A DNA stretch of 64,000 bases from Methanobrevibacter thaueri (lineage in GTDB: Archaea > Methanobacteriota > Methanobacteria > Methanobacteriales > Methanobacteriaceae). Made by a program: the position numbers and the translations under genes. The DNA is taken from positions 3,668-67,667 of the forward strand of contig SUTL01000001.1 of NCBI GenBank assembly GCA_015062925.1, in the 5' to 3' direction. Shown here in pieces: positions 1-9,944 of this stretch (position 1 is its first letter; the number at the start of each line of letters is the position of its first letter). The notes beneath the pieces are model-generated. The model saw only the letters and a program-made list of their open reading frames with translations, was not told where the DNA came from and ran no database searches.

Positions 1-60
1 CAGTTAAAAGAAAAATTAAAATTAATAGCAATAAATGGAATGAAATTAATAGGTGATTAA

Positions 61-1449
61 ATGAAAATAGAATTTGAAACATATGTAATATTCATATCAT
101 TCATAACATCATTTTTTGCAGTGTTTCTGTCAAATGGTATAATTATTGGTGTACCTGCAATTGCACAGGATTTTACAATGAATAATGTTATACAGAACTG
201 GATTCCAACAATATTTTTCCTTGTAGTTGCAGTTTTCACTGTTCCTGCAGGTCAAATTTCAGGTAAATTCGGTGTTAAGAAATCTCTTTTATCAGGGATT
301 AGTGTGTTTTTAATAGGTTCAATTGGTGCTTCACTTGCATTTTCCACTGAATCCTTTTTAATTTTCAGAATTATTCAGGGTGTTGGTGTTGCATTTTTAA
401 ATGTATCTGCCATGGCAATGGTTGTTCAGGCAGTTAAACCACAGAATAGAGGTAAAGCTTTAGGTTTTACTGTTACAGGAGTGTATTTGGCAACGTCTCT
501 TTCTCCGGTGATTTGTGGATTTTTAGTTCATAATCTTGGTTGGAGATCTATGTTTTATTTTGTTATTCCGTTTTTGGTATTGTGTATTATATTAATGATT
601 GTGAAAATACCTCAAGAATGGAAGACATATCAACATGATACTATTGATAAAATTGGTTCTTTATTATATGGTGTTGGAATTTTATTATTCATATATGGAT
701 TTACCAGTTTGATTACAACAACAGGTAAAATATTAACCGTTGCTGGAATTATTTTATTAGTAATATTTGCTGCATATGAGTTAAGGCAAAAATCCCCAGT
801 ATTCAACATGAACCTATTCAAAAACAAAAAATTCACATCATCCAACATAGCAGCACTATGCAGCTACCTAGCAATAATGGTAGTAACAACCATTCTAAAC
901 TACCACTTCCAATATGTACGAAACTGGGATGCACAAACATCAGGAATAATACTAATAATAACCCCAATAATCATGGCAATCATAGCACCAAATGCAGGAA
1001 AACTATCAGATAAAATCCATCCTCAAAAACTAGCTGCAATAGGAATGGCAATAGCATCAATCGCACTGGCAATACTGACATTTCTAAATGCCACCACACC
1101 AATATACATAGTAATATTAGCAATGATACTACAGGGAATAGGAATGGGATTATTCTCAAGTCCAAATATGAATGCAATAATGAGTTCCGTTCCACCAAAA
1201 GATGCGCCAACCGCATCAGCATCACAAGCAACCATGCGAACAATAGGACAAACCATGAGCCTAGGTCTTTTAACATTAATATTTGCATGGATAATGGGTA
1301 ATCTGGAACTATCCTCAAAATACGCAGGAATGATAATACAATCATCACAAATAATATGTATAATATGTACATTCGCCTGTATTCTAGCAATATTCGCATC
1401 ATTAATTGGAATTAAATCTGCAGATAAATTTAACACACAAAGAGAGTAA
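61..1449 (+). CDS. MFS transporter, EmrB/QacA (DHA2)-like
   Basis: 462 aa, about 14 hydrophobic segments; motif-A-like GQISGKFGVK and GKLSDKIHP; GWRSMFY; AGGTGA RBS upstream. Confidence 0.9.
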   Translation: MKIEFETYVIFISFITSFFAVFLSNGIIIGVPAIAQDFTMNNVIQNWIPTIFFLVVAVFTVPAGQISGKFGVKKSLLSGISVFLIGSIGASLAFSTESFLIFRIIQGVGVAFLNVSAMAMVVQAVKPQNRGKALGFTVTGVYLATSLSPVICGFLVHNLGWRSMFYFVIPFLVLCIILMIVKIPQEWKTYQHDTIDKIGSLLYGVGILLFIYGFTSLITTTGKILTVAGIILLVIFAAYELRQKSPVFNMNLFKNKKFTSSNIAALCSYLAIMVVTTILNYHFQYVRNWDAQTSGIILIITPIIMAIIAPNAGKLSDKIHPQKLAAIGMAIASIALAILTFLNATTPIYIVILAMILQGIGMGLFSSPNMNAIMSSVPPKDAPTASASQATMRTIGQTMSLGLLTLIFAWIMGNLELSSKYAGMIIQSSQIICIICTFACILAIFASLIGIKSADKFNTQRE

Positions 1450-1478
1450 TTAATTAACCAAATTAATTACTTTTTTTA
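1445..1478 (+). terminator. Hairpin plus T-run after the MFS gene
   Basis: agtaattaatt (1445-1455) and aattaattact (1461-1471) form a perfect inverted repeat followed by a T-run. Confidence 0.6.
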
Positions 1479-1526
1479 TATTTTAAAAAAAGTATTAGAT
1501 AAAAAAAAATAAATTAAGAAAAAAAA

Positions 1527-3872
1527 TTAGAATGGAAGACTTGCATAAGTAGATTTAAAATTATATGACTTAGTATTCCAATTAACTATTTTTCCTAAAG
1601 AGTTTCTAGAACTAGTTGCATCTGCACTAACCCAAGTATCACCAATCAATACTTGAGACCATACATGACCATATGTATTTCCACTAGAGAATCTACATGT
1701 ACCATGCACATATCTTGCTGCAAGACCAGCTGTTCTAAACATTGCAACTAACAAATGTGAATGATCAACACAATTTCCACTTTTAGCAGATAATGTACCT
1801 GCTGCACCATGTCTAGTATTATAATAAAAACTATAGGACAAGGTATCACGTACATAATCAAATATAGCTTTTGCCTTATCATATTCACTAGTTAAACCTT
1901 TAGTTAATGTTTTTACTAAAGATTTAATCTTAGAATTACCAACTTGACAATTCTTAGATGATTTAAGATAAGCGCTTAAATCCTTAATAGTGTTTTTCTC
2001 ATTAACTCCTTTAGTATAGGAGTCAAAAGTAACACTAACAGATTTAGATGTTGAACTTGAATTATAATCATTATTACCTGCAAAACTCACTGCAATTGAA
2101 TAAGATCCAACGGCAACCTTAGTTTTGAATTTAGCATTACCATTAGAATTAGTAGTTGCAGTATATGTTTTAGAATTAACTCTTAATTTAACAATTTGAC
2201 CTGAAAGAGCTTTACCAGTAACAGTATCCTTTAATGATACTTTGAAAGTTTGAGAAGAATCAGTGAATGAATCTCCACTCTTCCATGTTAAAGTAGAATT
2301 ATCTCTTGGTTTAACAGTAATATTCTTAGAATCAAATTTTTCATTAACAAAAGAATCTGTGCTAACAGAAAAATTAGCAGTGTAATTACCAAGAGCTAAA
2401 TTAATCGGTAAAGAAGCAATCCCATTACTATCAGTTTTCTTAGTGATATAAGTACCATTAATACCGAATGTAACTGCTTTTTTAATTATAGGAACACCAC
2501 CGGCAGTAACAGCCACTTTCAATGGAGTGCCCGCATTATAACCGAAGGTTGTTGTGCTTTTAACAGTTAAATCAACATTTCTGGTATCAATAACAACCAC
2601 TTTATTAGTAGAACTGGATGCTTTTAAATGATTATCTCCAGCAAAATTATATTTAACATTATAAATTCCTTTATTAAGAGCAGGTAATTTAAAATTAACC
2701 ACTCCTTTACTGTTAGTTTTTTTATTATAAGTTTTACCATTAATAGTAACTTTAATAATTTTTTTAGAAACTGGAGAGTCAGTTAAAGTGTTTGATAATT
2801 TAAATTCAATGTTTTTAGTAGCATTTTTAAAGAATGTGTAAAAATTACTTGTTAATTTAGTAGATGCTTTCCTATAAACTTTAATTTTATATGATTTTGA
2901 TAATCCATCCCTGTTATAACAAATAATTTTATAATTACCCTTATAAAGATTTTTCAAAGATACACTTGCATAACCTTTGGAATTGGTTTTAACATTATAA
3001 AATCTATGATTTAACTTAAATCGAACTTTCTTTTTAGCTAAACTTTTACCATTACTTTTTAAGAATTTTGCTTTGAATTTTTTCTTATCTCCCATTGCGG
3101 TTTTAACTTTTTCCCCATCAATTGTAGATAAGATCTTAAAAGTAGTGGTTACTTTATAACCTGTAAGTGGATCTGTTGCAACAACCTTATAAGAACCAGG
3201 TTTTAAATTAATAGCTAAAGATGCAACTCCTTTACTATTTGTTTTAACAGTATGGGATTTGCCATTAACTTTAATTACAACATTCTTGTTTTTCAAAACA
3301 TTTCCTTTACTATCATAAAATGTTGCAGTATAATATGTGCTTCCCTGATAATATTTTTTCATATTACTTGCTTTAACAGTTGATAATATGTTAATGGTTG
3401 ATGTGTAATTATCACTTGCTAAATATGTATCATCACCTTCAAAATAAACATTAACAGTATATTTTCCAGGGTTTAATGATAAACTTACTTTAGCAACACC
3501 ATCTTTATCAGTAACAGCAGTATAATTAACTTTGTTAATTGTGAAATTAACTGTTTTATTTGAAATTGTCTGATTGTTATTTTCATCTTTAAGAGTTATT
3601 GAAAATGACCCTTTATAGTAGATGTCTGTTGTTGGTGAAGTTATTTGTGTTTTATTTTTACCACTATCAATTGAGGAAGCCTCTTCCATGTTAGTTGATA
3701 AAATATTTGAATTAACAGATTCATCATCAGTATTATTGTCAAGTTCTATATTAGTATTATCACTTGAATTTATAGTACCTGAATCTGTTATATTATCACT
3801 TGCTTGAATTGCACTAACTGATAAAAATAATGTTAATGCTAAAAGCACAGTGAATAATATTTTTTTGTTCAA
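1527..3872 (-). CDS. Adhesin-like protein with Ig-like repeats and C-terminal transglutaminase-like domain
   Basis: Signal peptide; repeated KTNSKGVA-type units; GNCVDHSHLL..HVWSQV..DAT Cys-His-Asp triad; TTG start with GGAGGT RBS. Confidence 0.9.
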   Translation of the reverse strand: MNKKILFTVLLALTLFLSVSAIQASDNITDSGTINSSDNTNIELDNNTDDESVNSNILSTNMEEASSIDSGKNKTQITSPTTDIYYKGSFSITLKDENNNQTISNKTVNFTINKVNYTAVTDKDGVAKVSLSLNPGKYTVNVYFEGDDTYLASDNYTSTINILSTVKASNMKKYYQGSTYYTATFYDSKGNVLKNKNVVIKVNGKSHTVKTNSKGVASLAINLKPGSYKVVATDPLTGYKVTTTFKILSTIDGEKVKTAMGDKKKFKAKFLKSNGKSLAKKKVRFKLNHRFYNVKTNSKGYASVSLKNLYKGNYKIICYNRDGLSKSYKIKVYRKASTKLTSNFYTFFKNATKNIEFKLSNTLTDSPVSKKIIKVTINGKTYNKKTNSKGVVNFKLPALNKGIYNVKYNFAGDNHLKASSSTNKVVVIDTRNVDLTVKSTTTFGYNAGTPLKVAVTAGGVPIIKKAVTFGINGTYITKKTDSNGIASLPINLALGNYTANFSVSTDSFVNEKFDSKNITVKPRDNSTLTWKSGDSFTDSSQTFKVSLKDTVTGKALSGQIVKLRVNSKTYTATTNSNGNAKFKTKVAVGSYSIAVSFAGNNDYNSSSTSKSVSVTFDSYTKGVNEKNTIKDLSAYLKSSKNCQVGNSKIKSLVKTLTKGLTSEYDKAKAIFDYVRDTLSYSFYYNTRHGAAGTLSAKSGNCVDHSHLLVAMFRTAGLAARYVHGTCRFSSGNTYGHVWSQVLIGDTWVSADATSSRNSLGKIVNWNTKSYNFKSTYASLPF

Positions 3873-4005
3873 AATAATTTACCTCCATATAGAATTTTTT
3901 AATAAATCCATGAGACCAAAATCTCACTTCATCAATATTTATATCAAATATCTTATATAAACCTTTTTATTAGCTAAATCCATTTAAAATTCTTTAATTT
4001 TAACA

Positions 4006-4041
4006 ATAAAAGTTTAAAAGATATTAATATTAAACTTTTAT
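4006..4041. promoter_or_regulatory. 12-bp inverted repeat in a long divergent intergenic region
   Basis: ataaaagtttaa (4006-4017) and ttaaacttttat (4030-4041); could be an operator or back-to-back BRE/TATA elements. Confidence 0.3.
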
Positions 4042-4425
4042 ATCTTATTTATTTGAATTTAACTATGAGAACCTTAAACTATATGAATTATATATTTATC
4101 AACAAAAATTATTTAAAATGTAAAATAATATAGAGTGTGCTTATTATTTAAAATAACTTATAATTTAAAGCTAATTAAATATAAAAAATTGATTTAAATT
4201 CTATTTAATCTAAAAATAGAGCATATTATATATTATATTAGAAATTAACCATTGAATATGAAAATTTAATCAGAAATTTTTATACCTATTTTTAAAAACC
4301 AATCTAATCCAAAAAACACCACCCCAAAATAATAACTGTAATAAATTGAATTACAACCAATGATTAAATCATATGCATAATAGAATAGAAATATTTAAAG
4401 ATTTAAAAACAAGTATATAATAACT

Positions 4426-4992
4426 ATGGAAATTAGTGCAGATGAGATGAAAAAAACAATCCAAAAAATATATGAAAGATTAGATACAGTAACACCAGTT
4501 GATTTTGATTGCGGCAAGCTATGTGGAGAAATATGCTGTGTATATGATAGTGAAGAATATCCTAATGAAGAATTAGCACTATATTTACTTCCAGGTGAAG
4601 AATTAATGTATGAAAACAGCTCTGATTTTGAACTTTACTATATTGATTCATCTGAAATTAAATATCCTCATTCATGGAAAGGACAAATATATCTGGTTAA
4701 ATGCACTAATCCTCCAGAATGTGATCGTTCAATTCGACCAATACAATGCAGAACATTCCCATTAATACCTCATCTTACAAAAAATGGAGATTTTCATTTA
4801 ATTTTTGATGAAAGTGAATTTCCCTATAAATGTCCTATTGTGAATAATCATATTAAACTAAATAATGATTTCATCCAAGTTACTTATGAAATATGGATGA
4901 TGCTTATTAGAAACCCTTTAGTTTATGATCTTGTGGATATGGATTCAAGAAGGAGAGATAATCGGAAAACAGATTATCAGATAATAAAATAA
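4426..4992 (+). CDS. Cys-cluster protein, YkgJ-like (putative Zn/Fe-S binding)
   Basis: CGKLCGEICC and C..RPIQCRTFP..CP motifs. Confidence 0.65.
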   Translation: MEISADEMKKTIQKIYERLDTVTPVDFDCGKLCGEICCVYDSEEYPNEELALYLLPGEELMYENSSDFELYYIDSSEIKYPHSWKGQIYLVKCTNPPECDRSIRPIQCRTFPLIPHLTKNGDFHLIFDESEFPYKCPIVNNHIKLNNDFIQVTYEIWMMLIRNPLVYDLVDMDSRRRDNRKTDYQIIK

Positions 4993-4994
4993 AT

Positions 4995-5654
4995 TTATAA
5001 TCTCCAATCAATCTCAGCCAAACCATTATCCTTTAAAAATTCATTAGCTAATTTAAAATGATTACAACCTAAAAATCCACGTCTTGCAGAAAAAGGAGAT
5101 GGATGAGAAGTTATTAAAACAAGATGATTAGGATTAGTTAATAATTCCTTTTTCTTTTCAGCTTGCTTTCCCCATAATAAAAATACAATAGGCTGATTTT
5201 GATTATTTAATATTTTAATCACATTATCAGTGAAAATCTGCCATCCGCATTTACTATGAGAATTAGCATTACCTTCCTCAACAGTTAACACAGTATTTAA
5301 AAGAAAAACCCCTTGTTTTGCCCATGATTCCAAACAACCTGACTCAGGTATTGGATAATCATATTCCATCTGTATTTCTTTAAAAATATTTTTAAGAGAT
5401 CTTGGAATTGGCCTTCCAATTGGAGTTGAAAATGCAAGACCATGAGCCTGACCTTCTTCATGATAAGGGTCTTGACCTAAAATAACTACTTTAACATCAT
5501 GTAATCCGGTTAATTTAAATGCATTGAATATTTCCTCATATTTTGGATAAATTATTTTTGTCTTATATTCCTGATTAACAAAATCCTTAATTTCTAGGAA
5601 ATATTCTTTTTCAAATTCCTCTTGTAGTGCATTATCCCAATCATTACCAATCAT
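4995..5654 (-). CDS. ung: Uracil-DNA glycosylase, family 1
   Basis: GQDPYH, AHGLAFS, LLNTVLTV, FLLWG and HPSPFS family-1 motifs. Confidence 0.95.
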   Translation of the reverse strand: MIGNDWDNALQEEFEKEYFLEIKDFVNQEYKTKIIYPKYEEIFNAFKLTGLHDVKVVILGQDPYHEEGQAHGLAFSTPIGRPIPRSLKNIFKEIQMEYDYPIPESGCLESWAKQGVFLLNTVLTVEEGNANSHSKCGWQIFTDNVIKILNNQNQPIVFLLWGKQAEKKKELLTNPNHLVLITSHPSPFSARRGFLGCNHFKLANEFLKDNGLAEIDWRL

Positions 5655-5661
5655 ATTTATC

Positions 5662-6075
5662 TTATTTTAATATTTTTTCCACTATAACAGCTGCTGATTC
5701 AACCATTTTTGGACAGAATTCTGTGAATAAATTATTTTTTACTGCAAAATCAACCCCTTCAGGAGTGGTTATGTCACATCCTAATAATTCATTACAGATA
5801 TATGATCCGTTTTCTTTTTTAAATTCATCGAGGAATTCATTACAAACCTTGTTTGATGTTTGTTTATCATCACCATATTTTAATCCTAAAGCCATTAATG
5901 CACCAGTACATGCACCACAAACTTCACCTTTTCTCATTCCACTTCCAAAACATGCTCCTATTTTAATTGCATATTCTTTATCAAGACCTAATTCCTCTGA
6001 AAAAGCAGCGAAAACAGCTTGTGAACACACGTATTTATTTTCAAATAATCTTAATGCTTCTTTAACATGACTCAT
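5662..6075 (-). CDS. C-GCAxxG-C-C family putative redox protein
   Basis: CSQAV..GEVCGACTG..C..LLG..C pattern. Confidence 0.85.
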   Translation of the reverse strand: MSHVKEALRLFENKYVCSQAVFAAFSEELGLDKEYAIKIGACFGSGMRKGEVCGACTGALMALGLKYGDDKQTSNKVCNEFLDEFKKENGSYICNELLGCDITTPEGVDFAVKNNLFTEFCPKMVESAAVIVEKILK

Positions 6076-6095
6076 AATATTAATCCTCCTATTAT

Positions 6096-6566
6096 CTATT
6101 TTTCTTCAACATATTTACCTGTTATATGTTTAATTGTAAGTTCATATACTTCAGTTTTATCTAATAATCTTTTAATTTCATCAACTGTATAATCATGAGA
6201 GGGGAAGAATTTATTTCCAAGATAAGTTAGTTTATCTATTTTTTCCTCACTATCATTTAATATTTTAATTTCACCAAATATTATAACACTTTTGAATTTA
6301 TATGACCATCCATCATCATTTAAAATTCCATTTGTCACAACACAATAGGATGCTTTCGGATTATTTTTAACTGCATCGTTTTTATGACCGGTTTTTGCTC
6401 CATGGAAATAGAGTTTACCATCAACATATACATGACTCATAGGAATTGGATAAGGATAATTATAATCTCCTGTTAATGCTAAAACACCACGAGGTTCATT
6501 GATTAGAATATTTATAGATTCTTCTTTTGACAGTTCCTGTTTTTTTCTTCTCATTTTTCTAAACAT
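6096..6566 (-). CDS. Pyridoxamine 5'-phosphate oxidase-like / NimA-like flavin-binding protein
   Basis: MFRKMRR, YPYPIPM, LYFHGAKTGHK, SVIIFG and ITGK motifs. Confidence 0.85.
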   Translation of the reverse strand: MFRKMRRKKQELSKEESINILINEPRGVLALTGDYNYPYPIPMSHVYVDGKLYFHGAKTGHKNDAVKNNPKASYCVVTNGILNDDGWSYKFKSVIIFGEIKILNDSEEKIDKLTYLGNKFFPSHDYTVDEIKRLLDKTEVYELTIKHITGKYVEEK

Positions 6567-6586
6567 TACACTAACCTTTATATTAA

Positions 6587-7327
6587 TTATTTTATTACTT
6601 GTTTGATGATGAAAAACATTATTTTTGAAAATATTTTTTTAAATATGTTTAATTTAACTTCAGGTGCAAAATCCATATTAATTAAACCTGTTTCATTCCA
6701 GTATTTTTCATCAGCTTCAATAGGATGTTTTGATAAAGCTAATGCTTTCCATGCATTGAAAAATATAATATCCATTAATTTAGGAGAATGTATTTTTTCA
6801 GATTCCATGTCTTTGGCGAATTTCTTTGAGATTTTATTGATTTTTTTAATATTCTTATCTGAGAAAGTTTCATTTCCTCCGCAGGCTAAAGGTATTTTGT
6901 AAACTTTATTAAAACCCCAGTGCCTTAATGTTTCATCAATATAATTAGCGCATTTTTTATGACCTGCTCCTGCTGTTGTAACAGCTACTAATGCTTTTTT
7001 GGTGAAAAATTCCGGTCGGTGAAATAGAAAAGCTGTATGGTCAAATAGGTTTTTTAAAATTGCTGTTATATTTAATGCATAAACCGGTGAAGTGATGATT
7101 AATCCATCACATTTTCTTATTTTATCCATAATAGGTTTAATTTTATCTGCATGTGGACATTTATCTTCACCATTATTAATACAATTAAAACATCCCTTAC
7201 ATAATGGTATTTCTTCTTTGATTAAATGTATTTCTTCAAATTCACCTTTAAGGTTTTTTCGTGCTTGTTTTACAACATTCCATGTGTTTTTCTTTCTTGG
7301 AGATCCATTAATTATTAAATATTTCAT
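6587..7327 (-). CDS. Flavodoxin / iron-sulfur flavoprotein family (NADPH-dependent FMN reductase)
   Basis: INGSPRK, CKGCFNC..C, TSPVY. Confidence 0.85.
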   Translation of the reverse strand: MKYLIINGSPRKKNTWNVVKQARKNLKGEFEEIHLIKEEIPLCKGCFNCINNGEDKCPHADKIKPIMDKIRKCDGLIITSPVYALNITAILKNLFDHTAFLFHRPEFFTKKALVAVTTAGAGHKKCANYIDETLRHWGFNKVYKIPLACGGNETFSDKNIKKINKISKKFAKDMESEKIHSPKLMDIIFFNAWKALALSKHPIEADEKYWNETGLINMDFAPEVKLNIFKKIFSKIMFFIIKQVIK

Positions 7328-7354
7328 AAAAAATCCACTTTTATTATAAATGTT

Positions 7355-7777
7355 TTATAAGATGATTATTATTGCTATGATAATGAAAATACATGCTATG
7401 CAGAAACAACAGCTTAATTTAGAGTTATTTTCATGATTATATGAATCATCATGATTTAAATTAGTTTGTTTTATTGTGTATTTTTCATTATTATCATAAA
7501 CATCAGCTAGTTTAAAAGCAACCCAAATTGAACGAATTATACTGACTAACATTAACAGTATTGCAAATACCAGTATACTTATTGTGGGGATGCTGAAGTG
7601 ATAAATTATATTATATATAATGTAAAAAAACCATGGTGTTTCATAGGTGATTCCTTCAACAACCCAGTTAGTATTATTATGTTTAAATCCTATGTATACA
7701 AATCCCAGCCCATTTATAAATGGAATTAATGATAGGATTATCCACCATGAGTTTTTGATTTTTTCGATTATATTCAT
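7355..7777 (-). CDS. Small membrane protein of unknown function
   Basis: 140 aa with several hydrophobic segments; 6 bp downstream of the telA-like gene. Confidence 0.65.
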   Translation of the reverse strand: MNIIEKIKNSWWIILSLIPFINGLGFVYIGFKHNNTNWVVEGITYETPWFFYIIYNIIYHFSIPTISILVFAILLMLVSIIRSIWVAFKLADVYDNNEKYTIKQTNLNHDDSYNHENNSKLSCCFCIACIFIIIAIIIIL

Positions 7778-7783
7778 TATTTT

Positions 7784-8923
7784 TTACTCTAATAAATTAT
7801 TTTTTGTTTCTAATTTTTCAACTACTTTCTGTCCTTCATCTGCCATGTCAGAGAACATATCTATTGTTTCTTTCATTTGTGGCAATGCTTGGATTTTATA
7901 ATTACTTACATCATTAATAGCTTGTATTGCTTCTTGGAATGCTGCTTTTAATGTTTCAGGTGAAATCATTGTTTCTGCACTGCGTTTTTGAATTTCACTT
8001 CCTTGTTCTTTTAGCATGTGGGAGGTAGATTCTATTATGTTTTCTGTGGTTTGGTTTAAAATATTTATTTTTTCCATTACTATTTTTTGATCATATAATG
8101 CGCTTGCAACCATCACACCTGTTCTTAGTGCTGATACTGTTACGTTTTTAGCTCTGTTAACTCCTCTTATTAGTTCTTTATTGTTTCTTCTTATTACGTT
8201 CAGTGATACTATTCCTTGTTGGTTTACCACTATCATTTGTTGCATGTCCATTATTCTTTGTCTTAGTGGGAATAATATTTCTTCTTTAACAAATTTTATT
8301 TTATCCGCATCTATTCCTTCTATTTCTGCGTTTTGAATTTGTGCTTCTATTGATGCATCCATTTCTTTTCCAAGTTCAATATCTGCTAATAGTTTATTAG
8401 TAATTTGTCTTAAGTAGTTTTCTTCATTTAATAATGTTGTATTATCATTTTGAAGTACTCTACTACTTTTATCAAGAGATTCGACGATGTCTGATATTGC
8501 TACTTCTGCTTTTTCATATTTTGCGAAGTATTTTCTTACAGGGTTCATTATATTTCCCAGAACTCCTTTTTTTGCAAAATCAACTTTACTTGGATCTAAA
8601 TCTTTCATTTGTTTGTTTAATTCAAGTAATTGTCCACTAATATTATCTGCATCTTTACCACCTTTTGTTAAATCCACAAATCTTGTGGCTAACATTTCAT
8701 TGTGAGCTGCAGATTTTGACATGTCATTTAATCCGAAATCATCTAATGGTTTTAAAATGCTTTCTCTTTCCTGTGGATTATCTAAGTTTGCATCAAATAT
8801 AGCAACTGCATTTTCACCAGCTTGTGTTTTGAGATTAGAGTTTTCTAATTTTTCTTTTTCAACATTTAAAGATTTTTCAACATCATCTTTAATTTCATCT
8901 ACATTTAATGAGAATTCAGCCAT
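7784..8923 (-). CDS. Toxic anion resistance protein, TelA/YaaN family
   Basis: Helical coiled-coil protein with KYFAKYE, LRQRIMDMQQ, IRRNNKELI and LKEQGSEIQ features typical of TelA; AGGTGA RBS. Confidence 0.88.
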   Translation of the reverse strand: MAEFSLNVDEIKDDVEKSLNVEKEKLENSNLKTQAGENAVAIFDANLDNPQERESILKPLDDFGLNDMSKSAAHNEMLATRFVDLTKGGKDADNISGQLLELNKQMKDLDPSKVDFAKKGVLGNIMNPVRKYFAKYEKAEVAISDIVESLDKSSRVLQNDNTTLLNEENYLRQITNKLLADIELGKEMDASIEAQIQNAEIEGIDADKIKFVKEEILFPLRQRIMDMQQMIVVNQQGIVSLNVIRRNNKELIRGVNRAKNVTVSALRTGVMVASALYDQKIVMEKINILNQTTENIIESTSHMLKEQGSEIQKRSAETMISPETLKAAFQEAIQAINDVSNYKIQALPQMKETIDMFSDMADEGQKVVEKLETKNNLLE

Positions 8924-8964
8924 TCTACATCACCTACATATAATTTTATAAATCTAATTATTAT

Positions 8965-9867
8965 TTAATATTTTTTAACTGATTCTATTAAATTCCCCAT
9001 ATCATCAAGAAGGTTGGAAACATCCTGTTCTGATTCCTGTGAGGAGTTAATATTAATTACTAATTCATTTGTTAAATCTTCAATTTGATTAATTATTTTT
9101 TTCATTATATTAATTTTATTATTTATTTCATTTTGAACTTTAGGAGAGTCATCTGCTGCTAATTTTATAATATTCTCCACACCATCATATTGGGAGTAGA
9201 ATATTTTATGGCAACTATCTATTAATGATATGAATTTATCATAAGTTATTTGTGGTGGTTCAAATCTTTTTTTAATTAAATCACGAACAACTTCTTGTTT
9301 AACATCAAATAATACTTTTAAATTATATATTTCTTTTTCATATTTTTTAAGTGATTCAACTTCTTGAATTTCCTCTGTTGATGTTTGTTCTGTTGTTTTT
9401 TTCTGTTTAATTTTTTTATTTTCTTTTTTTGCTTTGATTTTAGTATAATTTTTTAAATTAATTATATAATATAAATAAATAACAGGAGAAATTATTAATG
9501 CTAAAACTAGATATATTCCTATCATATTTTTAAAATAAAGAACTGGAATACTAATACTTATTAATATCACATAATATAATCCTAATGCCCATATTAATGA
9601 TTCATGTATTAATAGTATGTCCTGAAGATTTTTAATTCCATTTTTTAAACGAATTTTTGAAGCTGATTTTGATTGTGGAGCATATTGTATTATTTCATTA
9701 TCGTTTAATATATTCTCTTTTGGTTCAATCATGAATCTTACATCTGATAATGTTTCACTGCATTTTAGCAGTTCACCCTCATTATCATAGGCTTTAAATT
9801 CTTTTATTTTTAATGGAGTGGTTAATCTTTTAATCTCATTTGATTTGGAAGTCATTGTTTTAATCAT
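8965..9867 (-). CDS. Two-TM membrane protein with C-terminal coiled coil, XpaC-like TelA partner
   Basis: Two central TM helices plus helical tail; directly upstream of the telA-like gene, as xpaC is of yaaN; family call is mainly positional. Confidence 0.55.
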   Translation of the reverse strand: MIKTMTSKSNEIKRLTTPLKIKEFKAYDNEGELLKCSETLSDVRFMIEPKENILNDNEIIQYAPQSKSASKIRLKNGIKNLQDILLIHESLIWALGLYYVILISISIPVLYFKNMIGIYLVLALIISPVIYLYYIINLKNYTKIKAKKENKKIKQKKTTEQTSTEEIQEVESLKKYEKEIYNLKVLFDVKQEVVRDLIKKRFEPPQITYDKFISLIDSCHKIFYSQYDGVENIIKLAADDSPKVQNEINNKINIMKKIINQIEDLTNELVININSSQESEQDVSNLLDDMGNLIESVKKY

Positions 9868-9944
9868 TTCCCATTATTTAATTTTTATATTAATATTATA
9901 ATTATAGATGTTTTTAAATATTTTGTATTTATCCTATTATTAAA

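Noticed and set aside
3873-4425. Hidden gene or ncRNA in the 550-bp intergenic region
   Set aside because: Extremely AT-rich, with no credible ORF/RBS or stable stem beyond short AT inverted repeats; consistent with divergent promoters
6096-6566. Calling this a metronidazole resistance gene (nim)
   Set aside because: The fold family is broad, and motifs alone do not establish resistance
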